DNA of 64,000 nucleotides from Candidatus Latescibacterota bacterium. Lineage in GTDB: Bacteria; Latescibacterota; UBA2968; UBA8231. The position numbers and the translations under genes were made by a program. How positions within the stretch are numbered: position 1 is the first letter of the stretch; the number at the start of each line of letters is the position of its first letter. The notes below the pieces were generated by a model. It searched no databases, had not been told where the DNA came from, and saw only the letters and a program-made list of their open reading frames with translations. Positions 1-9,017 of the stretch are shown here, one piece after another. The DNA lies in NCBI GenBank assembly GCA_965215195.1, contig CBDCDC010000002.1, forward strand, positions 2,080,001-2,144,000, written 5' to 3'.

Positions 1-1536
1 GCTTCGGTCCTGACAGTGCTGGTGGTTGCGGTCTTTCCAAGCACAATCCAATTCGAACCAAGGCTGGGCCGTGCGTCCGCCGCGCCTGGGCTCTACACCC
101 AAGATGAATTCGCTGTCCAAGAATTTTTCGCTCCGGTTGTTCAACAGAACAGAGTTGACCCCATAGCGGAAAGGGTAATTCATGCTGGAGGTTATAAAAA
201 CGTCCTCGTACCCATCGGCGTTGAGATCGCCGACGCTGAATCCCCAAGGCCAGTAATTCTCAGCACCGATTTGGTCCGAAATTTCTTCAAAGTGCCCGTC
301 GCCTCTGTTCAGGTAGAACGCATTGCCAAAGATGCTGTTGCCGCCGCTGCGCAGGAACTCTTCAGACCATTGCATGCGGGACTTGAGTTTTTCGCGCTCG
401 ACTCCGATGTTTTCGCTCATGTCGGAATGCATGTCAGTGATATAGAGATCCATTTTGCCGTCGTTATTGTAATCGAAAACTTTGACTCCCATCGACCCCC
501 AAGGGGTTTTGGGAAAAACCTCGCGGCTCTTGTCGACAAAATGTTTGCCCTCAACGTTTTCATAGTACTGGTCGTGTCCCTGCATATTCAAAACGTATAG
601 ATCGGGCCAGCCGTCCTCGTTGACGTCGATGGGGCTGGCGGCACCCGACCAACTCCCGTCCTTCAAACCCACCTTTTCGCTGACGTCGGCAAAGCGATTA
701 TCACCCTCGTTTTTGAAGAGGATGCTCGTTTCGGTGCGTTCGGGCTTGAGGTGCCCGCTGAAGCCGTCGTCGAATCCCGCATAGTACCTGTACGGGCTAT
801 TTTTTTCGCTGCCGCTAGAACGGCTCGCCTTTTTAAGCTCGTCGGTAGTGTACTGGCCCACAACAGTGAGGAACATATCCAACAACCCATCGCCGTTATA
901 GTCAAAGAAAACTGCGGCAGAGGGATGTCCTTTATAGTCGAGGCCGGAGTCTTTGGAAATGTTTTTGAATGTGCCGGTCCCGTCGTTTTCAAAGAGGACA
1001 TTGCCTTGGCGCAGGACGGTCACGTAGAGGTCTGGGTCGCCGTCGTTGTCGATATCGGCGAAAGAGGCCGATACCCCAATCGCTGCGGCCGCCACGCCCG
1101 CCCTCTGGGTGATGTTCTCAAATTTGCCACCTCCCAGATTCCTCCACAGTTCGTTGTCGCCAACTTGGGTGACAAAATAGATATCGTAGAGGCCATCCCC
1201 GTCCACATCGGCAATGGCTATCCCATTGCCGTGGTCGTAGTGATTCGGCCGGTAGTCCTTGCCCGAATCGGGAGTGATTCTGTTGCGGAAGCGGATAGCA
1301 CTGTCTTCGAGCTGGTCAGAAAAGGTAAAGTCGCAAAATACATCGAACTCGGTCGCGAGTTGAGCTTGTCTGCGACTTTCCAGCCATGGAGGATCGATGA
1401 TCTCTTGGGGAAAAGGCAACTGGAGTGGATCGGTTTGCCCGGTGGAAGTCGAAGGCTGGTCATCGCTATTGCAGGATGCGATAAGCAGCGAGCCGATGGT
1501 CGCGAGGATGGCTTGTGCCGTTGTTTGCCGTGTCAC
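1..1536 (-). CDS. CRTAC1-family (FG-GAP/VCBS repeat, ASPIC/UnbV-type) lipoprotein, 3' end runs off the window
   Basis: The reverse strand reads GTG-ACA-CGG-CAA... (MTRQTTAQAILATIGSLLIASC, lipobox) after an AGGGGG RBS and contains repeated DxDGD-type motifs. The listed + ORFs 16..600 and 751..1617 are its antisense shadows. Confidence 0.8.
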   Translation of the reverse strand, partial: MTRQTTAQAILATIGSLLIASCNSDDQPSTSTGQTDPLQLPFPQEIIDPPWLESRRQAQLATEFDVFCDFTFSDQLEDSAIRFRNRITPDSGKDYRPNHYDHGNGIAIADVDGDGLYDIYFVTQVGDNELWRNLGGGKFENITQRAGVAAAAIGVSASFADIDNDGDPDLYVTVLRQGNVLFENDGTGTFKNISKDSGLDYKGHPSAAVFFDYNGDGLLDMFLTVVGQYTTDELKKASRSSGSEKNSPYRYYAGFDDGFSGHLKPERTETSILFKNEGDNRFADVSEKVGLKDGSWSGAASPIDVNEDGWPDLYVLNMQGHDQYYENVEGKHFVDKSREVFPKTPWGSMGVKVFDYNNDGKMDLYITDMHSDMSENIGVEREKLKSRMQWSEEFLRSGGNSIFGNAFYLNRGDGHFEEISDQIGAENYWPWGFSVGDLNADGYEDVFITSSMNYPFRYGVNSVLLNNRSEKFLDSEFILGVEPRRGGRTAQPWFELDCAWKDRNHQHCQDRS

Positions 1537-1658
1537 AATCTGTGCCCCCTATCTAACTTTTTAATCCCATTTGAGATACACGACCAACCCGACCAAAAGA
1601 ATGCGCAGTCATTTTGAAGTCAAATAGACCGCCGGGCTCGCACTGCCCGGAGGTATCA

Positions 1659-4208
1659 TCACTCAGTCGCACTGCTCCCTTTGTGGAGAGCCTGCCGCAA
1701 GTTCTGTCGCAAGAGCACCAGCGGGCGCACTTCCCCGTAGCGGCCGACGTACTCGTCCACCACCTGCAGGCCGCCACTGTAATCGCCTTGAACCCCCATG
1801 AGGGAAGCCAGTCGGTAGTAAGCCTCCCACCTGCCGGGCTCGACCTCGATGATCTGGCGGTAGAACTCGGCGGACCATGCGGAGTCCCTGTACTTCTTTG
1901 TCAACTCATCCATCAAATCAATAAGATCGTCGTAGGTTGCGTCCCTACTAGTGCCGTAGGTATCTAACAGTTTTTGCACCGCACGCTCGGCGTATTCGAC
2001 GGCCAACGGGTGCTGGCCCATCTGCTGTAGGTACGTGGAGGCGCTGTAATACGCATGCCAGACGAAAGGGATGCGCTGGCTGGCCCACGCTAGAAGCTGG
2101 GCCAGTGCCTCATCCATGCCCTTTTGCCGATAGAAGTCAGCTAGCTGCATGACAGCGGCCTGGTAATTGAACAACAAGGGAGTGCTTCCGGGATCGCCGG
2201 TCATCTCCCGCCCAAGGAGGTTGCGCCATTGAAAGACGCGATACAAATTGCGTTCCATCTCCTGCTGGTCGAGTCCCGGCTCGCGCTCCCGGACTAGTCG
2301 GTACGCTAGGCCACTTAAAGACAGGTAGGGCGTTAGTCCGACTTGGTTTTCGACCGGCACTGCAACCGAAAAAAAAATGGGTCTTTTCCAGTCGTTCCAT
2401 TCGACAATTTTCAGCACCGCGATATCCTGAACGCGAAGCATGCGTTGCTCAAAGGGCACCACTTCAATTTTTAGGCCCGCCAGTTCAATAGTTGTAGGTC
2501 TAGGCCAGTGGCGCAGATCCAGATCAACCCGCTGGGTATCGGTCAGCACCGAATCGATATAAGTATCAGTGTAGCGAATGTCGATGGCGGGGAGACGCTG
2601 GCGCAACTGTTTGATGTACCAGCCGGTATTCAAAAGTCCCAGATGGACGACGCCCACATCCGGGCGAATGCCCTCCACTTCCTGCAGAAACCACAGCGGA
2701 AAGGTATCGTTATCCCCGTTAGTAAACAGGATGCTGTTGGGGGCACACGACTGCAGCAGATTGTACCCGTAATCGCGCCCCAGATAGTCTCCCGTCCGGT
2801 CTACTTGATTGTATAGCTTGACGCCCATCCCCACCGGTAGGAGAACGCCGGCCCCCGCTAGGGCCATCAGCCAGCCGTTGGAAAGGCACAAGCGCCGCCC
2901 CAAGGTTTCGACCAAGCCACTCCAACCCAAGCCCATCCACAAGGCAAAAGCATAGAACATACCAACAAAGACGTAGTGGCGTTCGCGCGGTTGTGGATCG
3001 GACATGTTCAGGTAGGCAGACAGTCCAAAGCCCATGGTCGTGAAGAGCACTAAGACGACCAGAAAGCGCTGCCAGTCCCTGCGGGCCTGCCACAGCAGAC
3101 CGCCCAGACCCAGCAGGTAGGGCAGAACCGAGACGGCTACTGACTGCCGGGAAGGATCGGTGGCCCGGCGGAATTCCACTGCGCTTTCCCCTAGAGGGAA
3201 TTGAAACTGTGCGAAAAAGTACTTCATCTGGAGGTGCCAAAACTGGTAGAGGCGCGAAGCCTTGGCCTCCAGCATGCCTACTAGCAGACTCTCCGTGCCG
3301 TATTGCTCGCGTCCAAGAAATTTGACAAGGGCAGCCCAAGTTTCTGGGTCGTTCTCATCGATGACCGGATTCAGTCCCGAGCGAATGTAGAGGGTCGCAT
3401 AGGTGGAATAACCTAGGCCGAAGAGCACCAGCGCGGCTATCAGCAGCCCGCACGAATGCCTGTCGCGGCAGTAGAGATAATAGAGGCCGGCAGTCAACGC
3501 CAAAATCAGCGCCATCCCGCCCGCCTTGCTCGGCCCCCATACCGCCATCGCGATCAGACCGCTTCCACCGAGGACCAGTAGCACCCCAATCAGTCGCCGC
3601 AGGCTCGAGTCGGCGCACCCAATCAGGATCAGGATCGCCGGAATAGTCAGTAGGCAGAGAAGATGGACCCCACCACTTAGACCGAACATATATGCGATGA
3701 ACAAAAGCCACCTGTAACTGTGCTTATCGAGCGGCCCGACCGACCAGCGCAGCACCAACCAGACGCTCAGACAAACAAAAAAAATGGAACAGGCATAAAC
3801 TTCGGCCTCAGTAGCGTTGAACCAGAATGTGTACGAACAAGCCAAAGACAGGGCGGCAACCACGCCCCCGGCTAAGGCCACCAGCCGCTGCCGCGGGTCC
3901 CGGCCGGTCTTGAGAGCGCCTTGGGCGAGGATAGCAGTGGTGGAGAAGACGCACCAGATGGCAGCGGCCGATACTAGGGGCGATATGAGCACCACGCGCT
4001 GCTCCGCCGAGCCGATGGGCAAAAGCGCGAAAAGCCGGCCCCACAGAATATAGAGAGGGGCTCCAGGAGGATGGGGTATGCCCAGAGTGTAGGCGCAGGC
4101 GATGAATTCGCTGCTGTCCCACAGAGAGATAGTGGGAGCCATGGTCTTCAGGTAGAGGCCCAAGGCAATAATGAAGACCCCCGCCCCGACTATATTTTGG
4201 TATCGCAT
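1659..4208 (-). CDS. DUF2723 / TMEM260-like (GT117) multi-pass membrane glycosyltransferase with C-terminal TPR-like helices
   Basis: Motifs WDSSEF...LGIPHPPGAPLY, EAEVY, FTNGDNDTFPLW and many TM segments. Likely start is MRYQNIV at 4208. Confidence 0.85.
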   Translation of the reverse strand: MRYQNIVGAGVFIIALGLYLKTMAPTISLWDSSEFIACAYTLGIPHPPGAPLYILWGRLFALLPIGSAEQRVVLISPLVSAAAIWCVFSTTAILAQGALKTGRDPRQRLVALAGGVVAALSLACSYTFWFNATEAEVYACSIFFVCLSVWLVLRWSVGPLDKHSYRWLLFIAYMFGLSGGVHLLCLLTIPAILILIGCADSSLRRLIGVLLVLGGSGLIAMAVWGPSKAGGMALILALTAGLYYLYCRDRHSCGLLIAALVLFGLGYSTYATLYIRSGLNPVIDENDPETWAALVKFLGREQYGTESLLVGMLEAKASRLYQFWHLQMKYFFAQFQFPLGESAVEFRRATDPSRQSVAVSVLPYLLGLGGLLWQARRDWQRFLVVLVLFTTMGFGLSAYLNMSDPQPRERHYVFVGMFYAFALWMGLGWSGLVETLGRRLCLSNGWLMALAGAGVLLPVGMGVKLYNQVDRTGDYLGRDYGYNLLQSCAPNSILFTNGDNDTFPLWFLQEVEGIRPDVGVVHLGLLNTGWYIKQLRQRLPAIDIRYTDTYIDSVLTDTQRVDLDLRHWPRPTTIELAGLKIEVVPFEQRMLRVQDIAVLKIVEWNDWKRPIFFSVAVPVENQVGLTPYLSLSGLAYRLVREREPGLDQQEMERNLYRVFQWRNLLGREMTGDPGSTPLLFNYQAAVMQLADFYRQKGMDEALAQLLAWASQRIPFVWHAYYSASTYLQQMGQHPLAVEYAERAVQKLLDTYGTSRDATYDDLIDLMDELTKKYRDSAWSAEFYRQIIEVEPGRWEAYYRLASLMGVQGDYSGGLQVVDEYVGRYGEVRPLVLLRQNLRQALHKGSSATE

Positions 4209-4421
4209 GTCGGAGTTGAAGCTAACGGCGCGTGTGCTAGCCGATGCCAAAATTAACCGCAAAAGATAATGTTCCAAGTCATCCCTGTGAAATGATCGAC
4301 GATGAGGTAGAAGCCCAAAATCAGGCCCATAAAGAAGGGACGGGTTTAGTTGACAGACCGCTCAGATTATCAGAACATGTAGGCTCAACATGGACGGGAG
4401 GGAGACATAGGGGGCGTTGAC

Positions 4422-6368
4422 ATGCGAAAAACAATGAAGCCCCAATCGACAAGGCCGGCTGTGGTGGCGATCGCGGCGATCTGGATTGCGGCCATGGCGG
4501 AGACCGGCTGGGGAGAGGTGAGGCAGTGGAAGGTGGGAGAAGGCGGCGAATCCTGGGCTTCGCAGGAGCTGGCTTCGACAGCTCTCGACTTTTCCCAAGC
4601 GGGAACAATCAAGAGTTTGGGATTCGATCCCCACAACAACATCACCCAGCAGTTGAGCTGGGTCAGCGCCCGCCCGATAGGGTTTCTCGAAGAGCGTGCC
4701 CAAGCCCACGTCTGGGACAATACCACCTTGAGAGAGTCGCAACTAGTGATCGTAGATGGACGAGATACTACATCCACCGGGGATCGCTTCAAAGAATTTG
4801 GAGTTCAACAGAGCGGGAGGAGATTTGAGTTCGACCTAGGGACCCGGATTCCGATCAACAGAATCCTCTTTTTTCCACGTCCGTTTGGCGTCGACGATCA
4901 AGGACGACCTTATCGTGAGGATTTCATTCGCAGCTACAGTCTCTTCTCCAGCGACGGGCTGAGCTTTACCGAGGACAATAGACCGGATTACAGCCTCCTG
5001 CGGCAGGTGGAATTCACTCGTGAGGACACGGCCGAGGTCCTGTTCCCGCTACAGTTTATTCGCTTTATCCGCCTGCATATAAATTCTCCGAATCCATTTG
5101 AAGTCGCCGAATTTCAGCTTTTTGGGACTGGCTTCGCTCCCCAAGCCAGTTATGCCTCCAAAATTATTGACTTAGGGGAGGCGGCCAATTTCAGCCGGCT
5201 CGAATGGACGGTCGAGGGACTGCGTCAGGAGGGCACCAATCAGGTCGCAGTGGAAGACTCCGACACAGAAATCGCCATCCGGATGCGCACGGGGACGGAC
5301 GACAATCCCCGAGTTTTTTTTCGGCTGGTAGATCGCTTTACCCGGGAGCGAGAGGTAGTGACAGAGGACGAATACAACAAGTTAGGGCAAAACGAACAGG
5401 GCGGGTTTCAGGACGACCAAGTCAACTGGAGCCTCTGGTCATCGCCCTTTACCTCCTCCGGGCAGAGGATCACCCTGCCCAGTCCGCGTCGCTACTTTCA
5501 GTTCGAGATAGCCATGAAGAGTCAGGCCATTTTAGACGGCATACAGGTCACTTCTCTGAGCGTGGAGCACTCTATTCCGCCGCTGGCCCAGCAATTAATC
5601 GGAGAGGTCTCTGTGCTGGACGAGCCCCGTCCTCCGCGCAGTGTGGCCGTCGTGCCGGTCGGCCAGTTCGTCACCTTTGCCTACGATCTCATCGCCGATG
5701 TTGCGGGAACGGACATCGGCTTTGATGGCATCCGGATATTCACCCCCTCGTCGCAGCCAAAATTTGCGGAACTCTTCACAGGAGATCCTCCTGAAAAGGT
5801 AGAACCCGCCGAGATTATAGAGGAACTCGGCAGCCTGACCGTGCTCTTCCCCCCTTCCCAGCGGATAAACGGCCGAGACGTCCTGCAGATCATTTTTGCG
5901 GCCGAGGTGTTTGTCCAAGGGAGCTTCTTGAACGCCGAGGTCTTCGATACCCAAAGCGAAGAGGTCCCTCAGAGAGTTTTGTCGGGCGATGCCAACCCCG
6001 ACGTGACGACCAATACGCTGCGGGTGCTGACTACAGCCGAGTCCGCTAGGGAGATCCTATCCTCTTTCGCGGTCACTCCGAGGGTGTTCTCGCCCAATGG
6101 GGATGCGATCAACGAAGAGGCTTTGATCGCGCTCACCCTTTCACAACTGGTAGAACCAGTGGAGGTGGAGGTGGCAATTTTCGATCTGGCAGGTCGGAGA
6201 GTGCGGACCTTGGCTGGGGAGGAGCAAAGCGGGAATCACCTAAGGCCATGGGATGGACGGGACGATAACGAGGCACTACTTCCCGTCGGTATTTATCTGG
6301 TCAAGGTTTCGGTTCACGCCGACCAAGACAGCTTCGTGCGAGCGGAGACTGTGGGAATAGTGTACTGA
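4422..6368 (+). CDS. Secreted protein with C-terminal FlgD-Ig-like domain (paralog 1)
   Basis: Signal peptide; C-terminal FSPNGDAIN...IFDLAGRRVR...WDGRD...GIYLV ending in VY. Confidence 0.8.
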   Translation: MRKTMKPQSTRPAVVAIAAIWIAAMAETGWGEVRQWKVGEGGESWASQELASTALDFSQAGTIKSLGFDPHNNITQQLSWVSARPIGFLEERAQAHVWDNTTLRESQLVIVDGRDTTSTGDRFKEFGVQQSGRRFEFDLGTRIPINRILFFPRPFGVDDQGRPYREDFIRSYSLFSSDGLSFTEDNRPDYSLLRQVEFTREDTAEVLFPLQFIRFIRLHINSPNPFEVAEFQLFGTGFAPQASYASKIIDLGEAANFSRLEWTVEGLRQEGTNQVAVEDSDTEIAIRMRTGTDDNPRVFFRLVDRFTREREVVTEDEYNKLGQNEQGGFQDDQVNWSLWSSPFTSSGQRITLPSPRRYFQFEIAMKSQAILDGIQVTSLSVEHSIPPLAQQLIGEVSVLDEPRPPRSVAVVPVGQFVTFAYDLIADVAGTDIGFDGIRIFTPSSQPKFAELFTGDPPEKVEPAEIIEELGSLTVLFPPSQRINGRDVLQIIFAAEVFVQGSFLNAEVFDTQSEEVPQRVLSGDANPDVTTNTLRVLTTAESAREILSSFAVTPRVFSPNGDAINEEALIALTLSQLVEPVEVEVAIFDLAGRRVRTLAGEEQSGNHLRPWDGRDDNEALLPVGIYLVKVSVHADQDSFVRAETVGIVY

Positions 6369-6384
6369 GGAAAGGACTGTTCCA

Positions 6385-8694
6385 ATGAAAAATCTGGTCA
6401 AGTTCTGCGCTTTTTTTGTCCTGCTAGTCCCGTTGATAGAAGAAGAGGCCAGAGGGCAGGTATTCCAAGTGGACCAAGAGTGGAACTTTCCTGCTGGAAC
6501 CCTCGAGTTTGGGGCAGATGGCTCCATCACCCCGATAAAGTTCGAGTCGTCCATCAACGCCGCGCTCGATGCAGATCAATTTACCTATGAGACAAAAGAG
6601 CGGGGAGAAGTGCAGGGAGGGGTGTGGAAAGTCGGATCGAATCCAGACGCTGCCGCCAATATCATCGATGGCGACCCGGCGACCTTCTGGAAGCCCGATC
6701 CAAAGGACCCGGTGGAGAACTGGTGGATCGAGATCAACTTGGGACGGGCGGTCCCGACCAGCAAGATCCGCCTGCACTTCCCCGACCAAGAAGGGGCAAA
6801 GCCCTTAGGCGTGTTCCGCCTCCTCGGATCGAATGGCGTTAGACAAGCTCAAGGTCAGGATTTCTTTTTTTTCGACTTAATTGGCGGCACCAGCCAGCTA
6901 AATGAACAGACTCTGATCGAGTACCCGGTTCAGGCCTTCGGCAGGGTGTCTAATAACCGCTTGTTTGGTCCTGCAGCCCTAGCCGGCACAGATACTTCGA
7001 CCACCTACGGACCAATCCAATTCGTGCGCATTGTCGTAGATGCCCGAACTGCGGATGCGGCCCTCGCCGAAGTGGAAGTCTTCACCTTTGGACAGAATAT
7101 CGCCCTCAGCACTTTTGCTCGAGGCGGCACTATAACCGAGCCGACAGGTCGCGCTGGCGCCTTGGTCGATGGGGACCTCAGCACCACTTGGCAGGTGACT
7201 AGTGTCGATCCGACTGCCAAGTTCAGTTGGAGTTGGGACCTAGGGGCCCATTTCTGGGTAAACCGGATTCTCGAACTGGCACCGCTGGACGCGGCCCAGG
7301 GGCAAGGGGCATACGCCCCCACCACGGGCCACCAGAGAACCCAGTTATTTGTCTCGGACGGGTCCAGACGGAGTCTGGCCGGAGAGGTAGAATTCGATCT
7401 GCTCTTCGATTTTCCCGATGCGATTGGTTGGAACGCGCCCCAATGGCTGAACTATCTCGTGTTTCCTCCTAAGTCCATCCGCCACATTCTGCATATTTAC
7501 GTCGGCAATAGCAGCAGTATTCTCAATGATATCGCCGTCTTCCCGGTCGGATACGTAGCCAAAGTAGAGATGACCTCGGGCTTTGAGGACTTGGGAGATC
7601 GGCCCAAGGTGATTCGCTCGCTTAGCTGGGATGCGGACCTGCCGGCAGGTACTAGGGTGCAAGCCCAAACCCGCTCGGGCAATACCTTTGAAGAGCAGAC
7701 CATTTACTACGATAAAAATGGCAACGAGGTTACCGAGGAACTCTACAACAAATTGCCCAAACCCCGCAGAGGTGAAACCCAAGCGATTCTAGTGGAAGGG
7801 GCAGACTGGAGCGGCTGGAGCAATCCCTATCGCTTTTCCGGACAGGAGTTTCTTTCTCCAAGTCCGCGTCGGTACGTGCAATTTGCGGTCACCCTGATTT
7901 CGGATCGACCGGACACGGCGGCCACCTTGCGTTCGCTTTCTCTCGATTTCGACGATGCTTTTCTGCTCGGGGCGGTGGGCGAGATCGAGCCCAAAGAGGC
8001 CCGGCCGGGCGTTGCCCAAGAATTTGTATACCACCTTCGGCCCCAGTTCGGCCCGGGAGATTCCGGCTTTGACCGCATCCGGGTGGAGACCCCTTCCGAG
8101 GCGAATGCCGACAGCTTCTCGGTCCAGATAGATGGCAACCCAGTGGTGCTGGCGGCCGAGGCCGTGCAGTTTTTCCCGGATTCTCTCATAGTGGAGCTTC
8201 CCCAGTTAGTGGAGCAGCAGCTAGTAGACATTGAGATGTATGTCAATGTAGTGCAGAACCCGTATCATTTTAGGGCCTTTGTCGGCAACACTCAAAACCC
8301 CGAACTCTGGCAACCAGTTGATCCCGATGCTGACGTGCGCTTCTCGACCACGGTATTCTTGCCCGACGTCGTTTCGAGTGACCGGCTTATTGCCAATTTT
8401 TCGCTCCAGCCTGTCTTTACCCCCAACGGCGATGGCGTAGGGGACGAGGCAAAGATCCGCTTTAATGTTTTGAAAGTGGACATGCCGGCCCAAGTTCAGA
8501 TCTACACCTTGGACGGTAGCTTGGTGCGGAAACTGGAAGGACAGCGTCAGACAGACGGGTTATGGCTCTTTACTTGGTCCGGTCAGGACCATAGCCAAGC
8601 TCTGGTGCCGCCCGGGATCTATATATGCCGGATCAACCTAGAGGCGCAGACCAGTGATGAGGCCCTGGCCCGGACAATCAGCGTGGTCTATTAG
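6385..8694 (+). CDS. Secreted protein with discoidin/F5-8-like region and C-terminal FlgD-Ig-like domain (paralog 2)
   Basis: Signal peptide; IIDGDPATFW...WIEINLG discoidin-like motif; FTPNGDG...GIYICRI ending in VY. Confidence 0.8.
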   Translation: MKNLVKFCAFFVLLVPLIEEEARGQVFQVDQEWNFPAGTLEFGADGSITPIKFESSINAALDADQFTYETKERGEVQGGVWKVGSNPDAAANIIDGDPATFWKPDPKDPVENWWIEINLGRAVPTSKIRLHFPDQEGAKPLGVFRLLGSNGVRQAQGQDFFFFDLIGGTSQLNEQTLIEYPVQAFGRVSNNRLFGPAALAGTDTSTTYGPIQFVRIVVDARTADAALAEVEVFTFGQNIALSTFARGGTITEPTGRAGALVDGDLSTTWQVTSVDPTAKFSWSWDLGAHFWVNRILELAPLDAAQGQGAYAPTTGHQRTQLFVSDGSRRSLAGEVEFDLLFDFPDAIGWNAPQWLNYLVFPPKSIRHILHIYVGNSSSILNDIAVFPVGYVAKVEMTSGFEDLGDRPKVIRSLSWDADLPAGTRVQAQTRSGNTFEEQTIYYDKNGNEVTEELYNKLPKPRRGETQAILVEGADWSGWSNPYRFSGQEFLSPSPRRYVQFAVTLISDRPDTAATLRSLSLDFDDAFLLGAVGEIEPKEARPGVAQEFVYHLRPQFGPGDSGFDRIRVETPSEANADSFSVQIDGNPVVLAAEAVQFFPDSLIVELPQLVEQQLVDIEMYVNVVQNPYHFRAFVGNTQNPELWQPVDPDADVRFSTTVFLPDVVSSDRLIANFSLQPVFTPNGDGVGDEAKIRFNVLKVDMPAQVQIYTLDGSLVRKLEGQRQTDGLWLFTWSGQDHSQALVPPGIYICRINLEAQTSDEALARTISVVY

Positions 8695-8839
8695 TATGAC
8701 AAGATGTGTTTCCTGAAGGTTGGTTCAAATACATCTCCACGAAATCACGACATAATGGACTGAAGCCACGGCCGGAAAGTTCCAAGGACTCAATCCATTG
8801 ATCTCAAGCCCTTTGGGTTTGGCCATTTCGGGCGAGAAG

Positions 8840-8998
8840 TTCTCAGAAGCCGTCTGAAAACTAGGGTTTCGCTCTCGGCCTTGACGCCAAGCCGCTGGGA
8901 TCGAGGGCGTCTCGCCCGCGAAAAACGCCGGACGCCGAAGCAGCCCGACAGGGGTTTGTCACGCCTAACGGCGCGGTGAAGCAGACGGCTTCTAAGAA
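8840..8998. mobile_element. MITE/REP-carrying element with 17-bp terminal inverted repeats
   Basis: TTCTCAGAAGCCGTCTG at the left end versus the reverse complement of CAGACGGCTTCTAAGAA (1 mismatch); internal GAGGGCGTCTCGCCC palindrome; related sequences at ~28.5, 30.6 and 54.7 kb. Confidence 0.7.
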
Positions 8999-9017
8999 GG
9001 ATAATGGGAGGTGATGT

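Noticed and set aside
16-1617. ORFs 16..600 and 751..1617 on +
   Set aside because: Antisense shadows of the minus-strand CRTAC1 gene, which the ORF track missed because it runs off the window.
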